Virus record (IMG/VR): IMGVR_UViG_3300005077_000006
Span: 1 to 64,000 of that record
Source: a virus
Direction: 5' to 3' (one strand)
Length of the DNA: 64,000 nt
In this document: positions 9,301-19,113 of the stretch, one piece after another
Layout: each line of letters opens with the position of its first letter
How positions within the stretch are numbered: the first letter of the stretch is position 1
The notes under the pieces: generated by a model
Databases searched by the model: none
Seen by the model: only the letters and a program-made list of their open reading frames with translations
What the model was told of the DNA's origin: nothing
Made by a program: the position numbers and the translations under genes

Positions 9301-9631
9301 CTCGGTTGCCCAGTCCGCCGCCACGCAGATGCGTGAGTTCGCCGCCACCCCAGCGGACATCAGCATGGGCAAGTTTACCAGGAACATTCTCAGGACCGGC
9401 TTGACGCCACTCAGTGGTGCGTCGGTTCGGGATGCTGTGTGTTCCGGTATCGTGGGGGAGGCGTTCCCAACACCGCTGGCCAAGCGCCCGGCCTTCTCCA
9501 TGAGGCCGAAGGACTTCCTGGAGAGCAAGAAGGTCCAACATGTCGTAGGCTATTCGCCGGATGAGATGAAGAAGGCCGCCTCTGCTCTGAGGGCCATTGC
9601 CGATCAGACGTTGAGCGGAAGGAGCAAGTGA
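6389..9631 (+). CDS. polyprotein: LigD 3'-phosphoesterase + ATP-dependent DNA ligase + GT-B (MGDG synthase/UgtP-like) glycosyltransferase + permuted NlpC/P60
   Basis: PE: QKHEA..HADLRL..SWAVPKG..HTQEY..GYGKG. Ligase: KVDG, GELY, IFDV, EGIV, KAKF, VGTGL, LRAPSF. GT: TGGGHKAQA, SGSLG, AGKN, GTTFAE. Amidase: LKPGDVLL, WAHTALY, CSGIV. Confidence 0.88.
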   Translation: MSDLLRKLAAQVLTQKGEFAPGIPAARRIEAIPRVKHTEPQTWGLALQKHEAERAGEHADLRLVDNSGRAHSWAVPKGSLPSPGQKFRVIPQPTHTQEYAERKGTFEISEGYGKGRVTSEGVRPVEVVRSQPGLLRFNLYGGPKEGNQEFALVTTPKGALLHNITATSELGVRGQGGHEIPAAKPKYREIPTDRVSFDDPLEVHQAKVDGAHVTFHLRGGKGVKIFSYRPTERATGVLEHTHKVPGFRELKAPPGLAGTVLRGELYGAEKETGRSLPAEQTGGLLNATVWRSRERQQELGAELKPVIFDVVRYKGRPMEDAPYAEKLKVLQEVQRKVPRLQIPPMATTPAEKSTLLSRIQSGEEPITSEGIVSWRLDQSRPTKAKFRPDVDAEIVGFTGGKGKHEGRIGALQVRLPGKDAVTNVGTGLSDDLRRQIAENPDAFVGRTAKVRTQQVFPSGKLRAPSFAGFHLEKGKQSFEEKTAASAQPKGIKFLYLNTGGGHKAQAEALAEAAKKMGIPAETVSWSDRFSNGPYAKQYEQAYTDFLHGKKSQLGLAVPATKFSLMGTDHDKLRKWVDENKDQAVVVTMAHLRKEFKGIDHPVHILHSDPVKIPFATGGKTQDRIDIGLPSVLRTLGAKTRIAIPNLPVSQKVLRPKGTSGLIDKKNFNITVSSGSLGPEIVPITKQVLEAGLPEDAVVHAVAGKNTKALKELQRLAKEHPQLHPHGFAPLSNMMRESDLNVIRAHGTTFAETVAAGKPAVYYGPDVGFLRDGQGDLTKRTAIYGGKHIGNPVAVGLDAIPGAVNTALKRYDRLKDKAREARQDMGDPATLAVQKIMKARPGYVVKAASIEPRQLRAGTPIVGDFDTFAERLKPGDVLLTKPSEHAKLESSDRALKGAVKVYDWLSGAKHPGWAHTALYLGDGQIAHLHDKKLRRGRLVSMGEGINRVVTDKLDVFKAQGYDIAAVRPRVKPSVAQSAATQMREFAATPADISMGKFTRNILRTGLTPLSGASVRDAVCSGIVGEAFPTPLAKRPAFSMRPKDFLESKKVQHVVGYSPDEMKKAASALRAIADQTLSGRSK

Positions 9632-10593
9632 TGGCAGCCGAGACCGTCAAGTTCTACCTCACCGATCAGAACTCCGATCCCATCCTCGGAGTTCTGGTGC
9701 GCGTCTACGACGCCACGGGCACGACCTTCATCACGCAGGACTACACCGTGGATGTCGGCGGAGATGCGGTGGCGGAGGTGACGCTGGACGGCGACAACCC
9801 CCCAATCCAGTACACCATCCGCATGTCCAAGGATGGGGTGGCCTTCGACGGCTCCGTGGGGAACGACAGCAAGAGCCCCCAGCTCATCGAGATCTACAGT
9901 CCCCCCGCGGCCGCGCCCACGGGCAAGAACGACTTCGACATCCAGGGGCAGACCTTCACACGCCCCACGTCCACCAACCCCCGTCTCTGCCGTTGCAGCG
10001 GCTTCTTCAAGGACGCGACGGGCCAGCCCCTGGTGGGGCTCGACATGTCCTTCATCAACCAGTTCCGGCCAGCCGTGGTGGACGGAGAGGCGGTGCTGGG
10101 AGCCAAGGTGGATGTCCGTTCGGATGAGGACGGGTACATCGAGCTCGACCTCTACCGCGGCGCCTGCTACCTGGTGATGGTGCAGAGCATCGAGGCTGCC
10201 ATCGCGGACGACACCGGCGCAATCGTCTTCCCCCGAGAGGTCGTGGTGCCCAACCAGGCCTCAGCGAACCTCGTCGATCTCCTTCTGCCGATCGTGTCCG
10301 AGATCGTGTTCGATCCCACCCCGGTGAGCGTGGCGGCCGGGGACACGCAGGAGGTGACCACTGTGGTCACGGCCAGTGATGGTCGTGTGCTGACGGGAAC
10401 CGCGTGCGAGGATGTCATCTACGCGACGGATGACGAGTCCGTCGCAACCGTCGCAGTCGATCAGGACAAGCTGGTGGTTCGTGGCGTGAGCGCAGGCACC
10501 ACCAATCTCACAGCCGTGCGGAAAGACCAGACCATCGTCAGCATCCCAGATGCTGGGATCACGGGATCGCCGTTGGCTATCACGGTGACGTGA
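9631..10593 (+). CDS. virion protein with C-terminal Ig-like (Big_2) domain
   Basis: YATDDESVATV..GVSAGTTNLTA is the Big_2 signature. Confidence 0.7.
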   Translation: MAAETVKFYLTDQNSDPILGVLVRVYDATGTTFITQDYTVDVGGDAVAEVTLDGDNPPIQYTIRMSKDGVAFDGSVGNDSKSPQLIEIYSPPAAAPTGKNDFDIQGQTFTRPTSTNPRLCRCSGFFKDATGQPLVGLDMSFINQFRPAVVDGEAVLGAKVDVRSDEDGYIELDLYRGACYLVMVQSIEAAIADDTGAIVFPREVVVPNQASANLVDLLLPIVSEIVFDPTPVSVAAGDTQEVTTVVTASDGRVLTGTACEDVIYATDDESVATVAVDQDKLVVRGVSAGTTNLTAVRKDQTIVSIPDAGITGSPLAITVT

Positions 10594-10901
10594 TGGCAGT
10601 TCTCGTCATTCAACCCGCCCACGAGGATATCCACGCGATCAAGTTACTACTGGCTGCCATCATACGACGTGGTGCGTTCGACATTGCCCTCTACAAGGGA
10701 GCCAAGAAGCTAGCCAACCGACGGATCTGGGAGGCGGCGTATCGCTGGATGTTCAGCGACCAAGACGACTACTTCACTTCCTTCGTGAGTCTCTGTACTG
10801 TCTTAGACCAGGACCCCAACGAGATCCGAAGGAAGACGCTTCGGCTCCAGCGGAAAGACGTCAAGAAGTACGACATGGTGGACGTGCATGGCCGGCTATA
10901 A
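10593..10901 (+). CDS. hypothetical protein (helical)
   Basis: LLLAAII..A.RW..S...SF..LC..L..DP..IR pattern that I recall from small phage/deltaproteobacterial proteins. Confidence 0.6.
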   Translation: MAVLVIQPAHEDIHAIKLLLAAIIRRGAFDIALYKGAKKLANRRIWEAAYRWMFSDQDDYFTSFVSLCTVLDQDPNEIRRKTLRLQRKDVKKYDMVDVHGRL

Positions 10902-13437
10902 GGACAGCGAGATCGAGGGGGCTGTCTCCTCGTTCGTTCGTGGGGACATCAAGGTCCAGCGCGACGCTTTGGGTCCGGTGGATGTGGGGGCGAAGTTCGA
11001 CGAAACGGTGCAGCTCATCTCGTCCACGCTGATCTTCGATCCCAACGCTGTCTTCTACTTGATCTTCTTGGCCACCAACAAGCTGAACGCGGCTGTCGAG
11101 ACGGCCATCGAGTACGTGGACGACGTGCTCCAGGCCATCGACGAGGTCAGCCACAAGACGAAGGACGTCTCCAAGACCTCGCTCTTGGCAGACGCGGCCA
11201 CAGCTCTCCTGACCGTGGATCAAATCCTCACCAGCAATGACGCCATCAGCCAGGCGGCGTTCAACCGCTACGTGGATGCGGTGGACAAGTTCACGGCGGC
11301 ATCGCTGACCCCCAACATCAAGGCTGGGTCGGAGATCATCCGACCTCCTCAGCTTGCCAGGAAGGAGATGTTGGTCACGCTCCCCAACCTGTCCGCCGCC
11401 TGGTCGAGCATCCTAGCCACGTTGGAGCAGATCGAAGGGGAGCTGGTCGCGTTCAACGCGCTCAACCTCCCAGTGCTGGCGGTGCAGAGCTCAGTGCGGA
11501 AGGTTCGGGCAGACCTCCAAGATCTACGTGCCACCTTCGAGGGCACCTCCTCGAGGGATGACAAGATCTCCGAGTGCCGGGATGCCTACCTCCGCCTGAC
11601 CTCCGGGAAGGCCGTCCTGACCAACTACACGACGGTCACGGACCCCTCCGAGCCGCGGCTCCTATCCTCCAGCAGCATCGTCGGGCGTGCGGCCCTGCCT
11701 GTGGGCAGTGAGGGGGAGCTGCTCGGTCCCGAGGTGACCTGCACGAAGTCCGGCCCGTGGGCTGTCGTGTCCGGCAGCAATGAGCTCAAGGTGGCCATGG
11801 ATGGCGGCGTGGAGAACACCTACACGATCACGCCACCAAGCACCCCAAGCCTCACCGGCTACGCCGCCCACGAGGATGAGACTGAGTTCTTCGAGATCGT
11901 GTCCAGCTACAACGATCTCCTCGAGTTCGACGAGTTGGGCGCCATCCCTCTCACGGCAGGGGTGGGCCGCACGGCCACCCAGATCGTGGCGGACATCAAC
12001 ACCTGGATCACGACCAACTACCCAGGGGACTACCTGGCCTCCGTGGTGACTTCCGGAGGCCGCTCCTTCGTGAAGGTCACCTGCCTCAAGACGGGTATCC
12101 AGCGTCTGCGGATCACAGCCACGGACCCTGGCAACGAGAAGATCATCGAGCGTGGGTGGGCCACGCTCGGCTTCTACGTGGGCCAGGAGGATTCCAACGA
12201 AGGGGTGTCCGCGGCGGAGCTGGCGGAGCTACTCAACGCCTCGGGAGACCTCCAGGCTGATGTGGAGCAGGCTCTCTTCGAGGAGGGTGATAACGGGTCG
12301 GTGATGAGTGGCACGGTCTTCGAGGTACCTATCAACACCATCGCTTCTCTGGACCACCAGGAGGACATGCTGTTGATCCGGAACCTGGAGAACGTGGGCT
12401 ACCACCGCATCCAGAGCATCGTCCGGATCGCTGGTGTGGATCGCGTGACTGTCTACTCCAGCACACCATTCCTATCTGTGGCCACCGATCAGGAATGGCA
12501 GATCATCCGGGAGGTTGCGACGCTCTCCTCCTTGAACCAGACCTTGGCTGCGAAGATCGTGGTTGGCAGCGGCAACGCCAACGCGCTGCTTGGCTTCTCC
12601 CCCGGCACTACGAAGGCCACCACCACTGGGTTCCGGGTCGCCGTGTCCGGTGTGGACGAGGACTTCACGCGGCGGGATGTGGTTGTGAGGGACGTGGTTC
12701 GGGTCTCCACCAGCCCGGGGGTGGAAGCGGACCACATCGTGCTCGAGCTGGCGGACAGCAATCGACAGCTCGAGCTCGAGCCACCACTGGAGACGGACGT
12801 CAACACGACCACCTACCCGGCCCTCTGGTTCAAGATCTTCAGCGCGGCGGCCATCGCCTACGAGGGATTGGTTGCCAAGCTGGTGGCCTGGCGGCAGCTC
12901 TTGGACGCCTCCAAGTTCACGGAGGACATCCTCGAGCTCGAGCGGGTCATGAATCCGCTCCTGGCCAACAAGCAGCCATCGGCTGCCCAGGTGGGGGATG
13001 CACGAGGGGTTGCTGAAGACCTGCGAGAGCTACTCACCAATCCCAGTCCCTTGGGTCTGACCGAGGTGCTGGTCTCCTACGTGGTGTCTGCGGTCCCCCG
13101 CATGGACGCGTCGCTGAAGATGTTGAAGGAGCGTGGGCTAGATCGAGCCTACGACCTGCTCATGGATGGGGACATCACCACCTTCTTTGGCTTGGACAAG
13201 GACGATGCCTCCAGTAGCGCCTACATGCTGAAAGCCATGCGTGGGGTGGTGCAGTCCGACCTCCGCATCTCCAAGTTGGAGGATGACCAGGACGAGATCG
13301 CACACGGGGACCAGGTGGAGGACACGGACGCTGACCTGGACTTCAGCGATCAGGATGACGACGAGAACATCGACATTCTGGGCGAGGTCCCGGACTATTC
13401 CGACCAGGATTCCTCCGCTCTGAGGAAGAGGTACTGA
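10888..13437 (+). CDS. large tail/baseplate-associated protein
   Basis: 849 aa; helical ends, beta-rich middle with IN-motif modules; directly upstream of baseplate genes. Confidence 0.65.
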   Translation: MAGYKDSEIEGAVSSFVRGDIKVQRDALGPVDVGAKFDETVQLISSTLIFDPNAVFYLIFLATNKLNAAVETAIEYVDDVLQAIDEVSHKTKDVSKTSLLADAATALLTVDQILTSNDAISQAAFNRYVDAVDKFTAASLTPNIKAGSEIIRPPQLARKEMLVTLPNLSAAWSSILATLEQIEGELVAFNALNLPVLAVQSSVRKVRADLQDLRATFEGTSSRDDKISECRDAYLRLTSGKAVLTNYTTVTDPSEPRLLSSSSIVGRAALPVGSEGELLGPEVTCTKSGPWAVVSGSNELKVAMDGGVENTYTITPPSTPSLTGYAAHEDETEFFEIVSSYNDLLEFDELGAIPLTAGVGRTATQIVADINTWITTNYPGDYLASVVTSGGRSFVKVTCLKTGIQRLRITATDPGNEKIIERGWATLGFYVGQEDSNEGVSAAELAELLNASGDLQADVEQALFEEGDNGSVMSGTVFEVPINTIASLDHQEDMLLIRNLENVGYHRIQSIVRIAGVDRVTVYSSTPFLSVATDQEWQIIREVATLSSLNQTLAAKIVVGSGNANALLGFSPGTTKATTTGFRVAVSGVDEDFTRRDVVVRDVVRVSTSPGVEADHIVLELADSNRQLELEPPLETDVNTTTYPALWFKIFSAAAIAYEGLVAKLVAWRQLLDASKFTEDILELERVMNPLLANKQPSAAQVGDARGVAEDLRELLTNPSPLGLTEVLVSYVVSAVPRMDASLKMLKERGLDRAYDLLMDGDITTFFGLDKDDASSSAYMLKAMRGVVQSDLRISKLEDDQDEIAHGDQVEDTDADLDFSDQDDDENIDILGEVPDYSDQDSSALRKRY

Positions 13438-13766
13438 TGGCCGAGTCAACCAAGACGAAGCAGGGGAAGCTCAACCTGCAGATGCGGGAGATCTTGGCGA
13501 ACTCCTACGCCTTCGTGCGCGGCAGGCAGTACAACGAGTCGATGGCCAACCTGACCTACGAGGAGCTGCTGGACGCGGCCATCGAGAAGATCGAGGGGAC
13601 AGCGGGACGCAACAACGTCCGCAGCACCCTCCTGGACCGCATTCAGAAGATCAAGCAGGAGATCTCTCAAGCGGTGGACACCGTCAAGAAGCAGCCGCCC
13701 TCTTACTGGGTCATCGAGAATGACGGTAGAATCAGCGCAGAGGATTCGGCGAACACGGAGGAGTAG
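13437..13766 (+). CDS. hypothetical protein
   Basis: Coupled by TGATG; phage-like codon usage. Confidence 0.65.
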   Translation: MAESTKTKQGKLNLQMREILANSYAFVRGRQYNESMANLTYEELLDAAIEKIEGTAGRNNVRSTLLDRIQKIKQEISQAVDTVKKQPPSYWVIENDGRISAEDSANTEE

Positions 13767-13768
13767 GC

Positions 13769-14419
13769 ATGGACCTGCAGTTCATCCAGTTCAGCGATTC
13801 CCTGCGCTTGTCCGGCGCTCGGGAAGTCCCTGACCTGCTGCCAAGGACGCTGCAGATCAATGGCCCGGACTTTCGGTCGGCAGTAGAGGTCTTCATCAAC
13901 GATGCGGAGTCGCCCTCCTTCGTCATCGCCAACAAGAACACCATCCTGGCCCAGGTGCCGTCCGCGTTCACCAAGACGAACATCAAGTCCATCGTCGTGC
14001 TCAGCTCCGAGTTCACCGCCACCTTCCAAAGCCGCATCCGTTTTCGCATCGGGGACAACCCAAAGCCGGTGTCGGGTCTGCGGGCCATGATGCAGATGTT
14101 CCTGAAGGTGCTCCTGGCCACGGTGGGCTCTGATGGGTTTGCCAAGAAGATTGGAGGGAGCGCCCTTCAGAACATCGGCAAGAACTTCGACATCGGGCAG
14201 AGCTCCTCCTTGGTGTCCGACTTCGCCATCTCCGTGCGGCGCACGGAACAGCAGATCTTGGCCTTGCAGAGCCAGCAGCCGCGGCTTCCGGATGATGAGC
14301 GGCTGCTGTCCGCGACCTTGTTGAACTCGAAGTTCGAAGTGAACACCCTGACGCTGATCGCCCGCGTGGAGCTAATCTCCCAGTCCGGCATCCGCGCGAT
14401 TGCAAACTTGGAGCTGTAG
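13769..14419 (+). CDS. baseplate wedge / gp25-like protein with N-terminal IPT-like domain
   Basis: GLRAMMQMFLKVLL..GSD....GG and DERLLSA motifs; directly precedes the baseplate-J-like gene. Confidence 0.6.
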   Translation: MDLQFIQFSDSLRLSGAREVPDLLPRTLQINGPDFRSAVEVFINDAESPSFVIANKNTILAQVPSAFTKTNIKSIVVLSSEFTATFQSRIRFRIGDNPKPVSGLRAMMQMFLKVLLATVGSDGFAKKIGGSALQNIGKNFDIGQSSSLVSDFAISVRRTEQQILALQSQQPRLPDDERLLSATLLNSKFEVNTLTLIARVELISQSGIRAIANLEL

Positions 14420-14420
14420 C

Positions 14421-17400
14421 ATGCCAGGCACGGAAGACCTCAAGGAATTCGTTGAGAACAGGCTGCTGGCCTACGATCCAGACATCGACCTGACCGAGGG
14501 GTCGCCGGCGCAGCTCCAGGTTGTTGACCCAATTGTCAACAGGTACGCCATCGATCCGCTCGAGATGGACCTCGAGAAGTTCATCGATGCCCGGCTGGCT
14601 CAGGAATACCCGGGGATGAACATCCGCGAGGGCAGCGGCATCCGCGACCTCCTGGTGAAGCCGATGCAGGTCCTGATGGACCCGGTGATTCGGGAGACCA
14701 ACCTGATCAAGCAGGGGCAGTCCCTCGCGAACCCGGATCTCCTGTCGGACACCGAGGCCGACTCCCTGGTGGCCAACCTCTTTGTCTCCAGGACGACGGG
14801 AGGGTTGTCCACCGGGACCGTGCGGCTCTACTTCAACGCGCCCGTGGCGGTGAACATCAGCGTGGGCAACGTCTGCTACACGTCCGCCGGTCTGCGCTTC
14901 CTGCCGACCACGTTGCAGAGCATCTCCGCCGAGGCGATGATCTTCAACCAGTCGGGCAGCCTCTACTACTTCGACATCCAGGTGACCGCGGAGAAGGCCG
15001 GCTCCGAGTACAACATCGACAAGGAAGAGATCGTCGGCATCACCAACCTCAACACGGCCGTCCGGGTGACCAACACCCAGAAGTTCGAGAACGGGCTGGA
15101 TGAGGAGTCCACCGAAGAGCTGGTGGACCGGGCAGAGATCAGCATCACCGAGCGGTCTCTGGTCACTGGGCGGGGCGTCTCCGCCCGACTCTACGACCAG
15201 TTCGAAGACCTCGTGCATCTCCAGGTGGTGGGTCATCTGGATACGGAGATGCAGCGGGACATCATCAAGGGCGGCAACCTAGGGCCGGTGGTGCTCTCCG
15301 GGACGGATGGCTACACGGAGGATGATGGGGATGGGGACAGCCGCACCTCCTACTTCCGAGCGCGCTACACAGACTTCGCCGCCTTCTTCGGGGCGCTGGG
15401 GGACGTGTCCAACTACTGGCTGACCGTCAGCCAGGTCGTCTACGGGATCGATGCCGGTGTGCCGCCGGGGGCGCTGGATCACCTGATCGTTTCTGGCGCG
15501 GACTTCACCTACGACGACGTGGGGCTGATGCTGGTGACTCCCGACGCGGTGGACCCAGCGAACATTGGTGTGGCCGAGATTCTGGCCATCTCTACCAACG
15601 TCGAGGTACAGATCGACCGTGTGGGGGTGGTGGAGAACGGCGTCCCCTACATCCTGATGCGGCCGCCGAAGGACTACGAGATCGAGGAGGTGATGGGGAC
15701 GGGAGAGCTGCGCATCAACGGCTTGCTGCCGGTTGGTCGTCAGGCTCTCATCTGGTCCATCCGAGAGAAGAAGCTGACGCTCTCGGACATCCCGGGTGGC
15801 GTCATCTATTCCCTGAACGGCACGGTGGAGATCCAATCGGATGAGGTCCACATCGGTGGAGCTTCCGACTTCTACGTCCGTGGCACGGGCGTGGAGGAGC
15901 AGGAGCTGGTTCTCGAGGCCATCTCGGACGAGTCACCGCTGGTGCGGGCTCTGACGCTGGAGACCAAGTCCACGGCTGGGTACGAGGAGTTCGTGCGGGA
16001 CCAGACGAAGGACTTCATCGCTCTGGGTGTGAAGCCCGGCATGTCTCTGGTCATCGAGTCCGGTGTGGATGCCGGGACCAAGACCATCCTTCGTGTGGGC
16101 ACCACCAAGCCTACTGGAGCTCCGGTGGGGACGGAGACTCAGCATCTCCAGATCGACCCGCCGATCACTTCTACGGCCACGGATCTGCGGTACCGCATCG
16201 TGGACGACATCGACATCGACCTCAACCAGCCCAAGACGCGCCGCGGGGAAGGCACGGACCTGCAGACCATCCAGCTCAGCTCGACCGTGACCACGGCCTC
16301 CGCCGTGGACTTCCTGGCGCTGGGGACGGAGGCGGAGGACACGCTGGAGCTTCTGGATGGGGACGACGTGGGGACCTACGCGGTCACCGGCACGTCCGGC
16401 ACGGGGAACAAGAACCTCCTCATCAGTGGCCAGATGGTCTCCACGGCGAACAACATCTCGTGGGAGCTCTACAAGGCGCAGGAGGGCATCGAGTTCCCGC
16501 TCGTGCGGATCCGCACGGTGGACATCCTGGACAGCTCGAAGCAGCCGACGGGGGACACCGTGCCCTACGCCGAGCCCGTCGATGCGCGTAGCACCACTTT
16601 CTCCAACGCTGGTCGGGGGACGAAGGTGAGCACCCGTGATGCCATCACGGGAATCGTGGGGACCGTTGATCTGAACGGCCTGAGCTACCCCCTGGCTCCG
16701 TCTTCCTTCTCCGTCAAGGTGAACAACGGTGGGGCGCAGGTCGTTGCAACGACGGGCGCGACGGGAATCACGGACCTCCTCAACAAGATCAACGCGACGA
16801 TCCCCAACATCGCCGGCACCCTGTCCTATGGCGGGGAGACGTTCCTCACGCTCCGGTCGGCAGACCGCTGGCTTCAGGTCACGGCAGGAGCCGGCAACGC
16901 GCTCTACGGCCTGGACGTGAACGGGGAGGACAACAGGCAGATCAAGAGCCTGGCCAACATCACCGACTGGTCTTCGGCTGCCTACGACCTGAAGACCGTC
17001 CGGGACGTGGTATCGATCACGACAGGGGACAACATCGGGCACCTCTACCTCCTCTCGGTGGCGGCCGACAAGCTCCTTGCCGTCGGCTTCGATGAGGTTG
17101 AGGGGCGGCTGCGCTTCCTCCAGCCCAACATGGGCGTGTCGCTGTCGGTTGGCTCGCGCTCCTACGGGAAGGCACGTGTCTACTTCCTGGAGCCCACCTC
17201 CTTCCAGGTGCGTGGTGCGTGGCATCCTCCGCTGAAGAACACGACCAGCATCCCCTCCAACATGGCCATCGCCGCCGGAGGCGTGACGATTCCTTCGGAT
17301 GAGGAGCCAGTCACCTATTTCTCGGTCGACCTCAACGGGGCCACCCTGCGCTTCTTCCCAGACCCAGATCTGAAGCACCAGGTGCTGCCGCCGCCAGATG

Positions 17401-18743
17401 GAGACGTGCCCAACAACCTGTTGACGGTCAACGGCTCCGCCGTGGTGCAGACGGACGCCACTCCGGCTGGCGTGCTGGGGCAGAACTCCCGCGACTCCGA
17501 CATCGACTTCCTGAAGAAGGAGATCAAGGTCGGAGACATGCTGGAGATCACTTTCCAGCCCATCCAGGGAACGGTAGATCTGACCACCGCCGGCGGTTTC
17601 GTCTACGGGGATGGGGCTGGCGACGACATCCCCGGAGATCCGCCCAAGACGCTCACACTCTCCCTGGATGGCGCTCCCGCGAAGACGATGACCTTCTCGG
17701 ACCAGATCACGGACGAGAGCGACCTGGTGGATGAGATCAACGACTTCTTCGGGGAGACCATCGCCTACCTGGAGACGATCGGCTCGGAGAAGCGGCTTCG
17801 CCTCGAGGCCGACTTCGAGTTCACCCTCTACGGCGGCTACCCGAACGCAGCCAACAGCACGCTGGGTCTGCCGACCTCCACAACCACCAACAAGGCGATC
17901 TCGGACATCGATGGTTACTACGAGGTCACCTACGTGGGTGATCAGACGGACGCGCTCAACCACTACGCCCTCACGGTCTCCCCGGCCGTCGGTGGGGCAG
18001 CCGGGGGCCAGGCGCAGCACTTCGTCATCGTCCGTCCGGGGCTCCAGCGGTTGCACTCCACGGAGATGGCGAACAACACGGAGATCGGCCTCTACTACAT
18101 GGACGTGGAGCTGGTGTCTGAGGGTTCCGGGGATGACTGGAACCTCGAGCGGGATGAGCTGTTCGAGCTCGAGAACTACGAGTCCGACGGCTACCGTCTG
18201 GTGGTGGAAGATCCCAACTTCTCCTTCTCCACGCTGGAGAAGCTCACCATGGTGGTGAGCCGTCGGCTCCTGACGGTTGGCAGCACGGACCAGCCGGACA
18301 GTGCGCTGACGTTGTCCAGTCAGAACCTGCAGGTGAACTACGATCGGGCTCCCCTGGTGGCGTCCATCCAGTCCTTCGCTTCCGCCGACCTGGAGAGGGT
18401 GCTCAACGCCAGTCTGCTCGTGCGACACCTGCAGCCCCACTACCTCAACTTCGCGCTCAACTACCGTGGTGGCTCCTCTGCGGATGTCGTGGGGGATGAC
18501 GTGGATGAGTACCTGAACGAGCTCGGGCCGGACGAGCGGGTGGAGGCGTCGGACATCCAGAACCTGGCCTTCCGACGGGGCGCCAACTACGTGCAGAACC
18601 CGATCACCCTGGTGGCAGTGGCGCATAACGAGGAGCGGAAGATCTCCATCGATCGGTCTACGGACTACGTCACCAAGGGGCGGCTGGCTACCTTCTTCAA
18701 GGATCAGGTGACGGTCACGAGAGAGACCGTCACGGCTCTCTAG
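14421..18743 (+). CDS. baseplate J-like wedge protein (large)
   Basis: N-terminal EGSGIRDLLVKP, GTVRLYF, VTAEKAGSEYNI, FENGLDEESTEELVDRA are characteristic of baseplate_J/gp6-like proteins. Confidence 0.75.
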   Translation: MPGTEDLKEFVENRLLAYDPDIDLTEGSPAQLQVVDPIVNRYAIDPLEMDLEKFIDARLAQEYPGMNIREGSGIRDLLVKPMQVLMDPVIRETNLIKQGQSLANPDLLSDTEADSLVANLFVSRTTGGLSTGTVRLYFNAPVAVNISVGNVCYTSAGLRFLPTTLQSISAEAMIFNQSGSLYYFDIQVTAEKAGSEYNIDKEEIVGITNLNTAVRVTNTQKFENGLDEESTEELVDRAEISITERSLVTGRGVSARLYDQFEDLVHLQVVGHLDTEMQRDIIKGGNLGPVVLSGTDGYTEDDGDGDSRTSYFRARYTDFAAFFGALGDVSNYWLTVSQVVYGIDAGVPPGALDHLIVSGADFTYDDVGLMLVTPDAVDPANIGVAEILAISTNVEVQIDRVGVVENGVPYILMRPPKDYEIEEVMGTGELRINGLLPVGRQALIWSIREKKLTLSDIPGGVIYSLNGTVEIQSDEVHIGGASDFYVRGTGVEEQELVLEAISDESPLVRALTLETKSTAGYEEFVRDQTKDFIALGVKPGMSLVIESGVDAGTKTILRVGTTKPTGAPVGTETQHLQIDPPITSTATDLRYRIVDDIDIDLNQPKTRRGEGTDLQTIQLSSTVTTASAVDFLALGTEAEDTLELLDGDDVGTYAVTGTSGTGNKNLLISGQMVSTANNISWELYKAQEGIEFPLVRIRTVDILDSSKQPTGDTVPYAEPVDARSTTFSNAGRGTKVSTRDAITGIVGTVDLNGLSYPLAPSSFSVKVNNGGAQVVATTGATGITDLLNKINATIPNIAGTLSYGGETFLTLRSADRWLQVTAGAGNALYGLDVNGEDNRQIKSLANITDWSSAAYDLKTVRDVVSITTGDNIGHLYLLSVAADKLLAVGFDEVEGRLRFLQPNMGVSLSVGSRSYGKARVYFLEPTSFQVRGAWHPPLKNTTSIPSNMAIAAGGVTIPSDEEPVTYFSVDLNGATLRFFPDPDLKHQVLPPPDGDVPNNLLTVNGSAVVQTDATPAGVLGQNSRDSDIDFLKKEIKVGDMLEITFQPIQGTVDLTTAGGFVYGDGAGDDIPGDPPKTLTLSLDGAPAKTMTFSDQITDESDLVDEINDFFGETIAYLETIGSEKRLRLEADFEFTLYGGYPNAANSTLGLPTSTTTNKAISDIDGYYEVTYVGDQTDALNHYALTVSPAVGGAAGGQAQHFVIVRPGLQRLHSTEMANNTEIGLYYMDVELVSEGSGDDWNLERDELFELENYESDGYRLVVEDPNFSFSTLEKLTMVVSRRLLTVGSTDQPDSALTLSSQNLQVNYDRAPLVASIQSFASADLERVLNASLLVRHLQPHYLNFALNYRGGSSADVVGDDVDEYLNELGPDERVEASDIQNLAFRRGANYVQNPITLVAVAHNEERKISIDRSTDYVTKGRLATFFKDQVTVTRETVTAL

Positions 18744-19057
18744 TCCTCTGGACCAGGAAGGATCGGTATCGCCGGCTCAAGGCTGCGCGCGATATTCCCC
18801 ATCTTGATGACGATGCCGGAGTGGGGATCGAACACGCAGCGGCATCCGTCGCACTCCAGCCAGTAGCGGGGCAGCACTTCTCCGGGGCGGAACATGAAGC
18901 GCGCGTCCCCTGTTTTCTTGAAACTGGTTCCCAGGCACTGAGGGCAAGTCTGGTTCTGGTAGAAGGCTTCTCGCTTCGCGGCGAGAGGAGTGATGACATC
19001 CTTGTGGCCTTCGAGTAACTTCAAGGTGATCTGGGGGTCGAGCAGTTTCAGGTCCAT
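18740..19057 (-). CDS. Zn-ribbon protein (antisense island in the structural cluster)
   Basis: CPQC..CDGC; AGGAG upstream; convergent stop sharing CTAG with the baseplate gene. Confidence 0.65.
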   Translation of the reverse strand: MDLKLLDPQITLKLLEGHKDVITPLAAKREAFYQNQTCPQCLGTSFKKTGDARFMFRPGEVLPRYWLECDGCRCVFDPHSGIVIKMGNIARSLEPAIPILPGPED

Positions 19058-19084
19058 GTGTTAACATAGCTCCTGGCACGTTCG

Positions 19085-19113
19085 TTGACCAGCGTGTCAC
19101 CCGAGCATAGAAT
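19085..19113 (+). promoter_or_regulatory. sigma70-like promoter TTGACC-N17-TAGAAT
   Basis: -35 at 19085-19090 and -10 at 19108-19113, intergenic, upstream of the ATG at 19145. Confidence 0.7.

Noticed and set aside
15933-18626. Very long antisense ORFs (897 aa here; also 21050-23479, 34556-36601, 47201-49057, 58182-59651)
   Set aside because: Shadow frames of GC3-biased real genes on the other strand; no RBS or recognisable motifs.
18740-18743. Shared CTAG stop overlap of convergent genes (also at 63472-63475)
   Set aside because: A common compact arrangement with no further signal.
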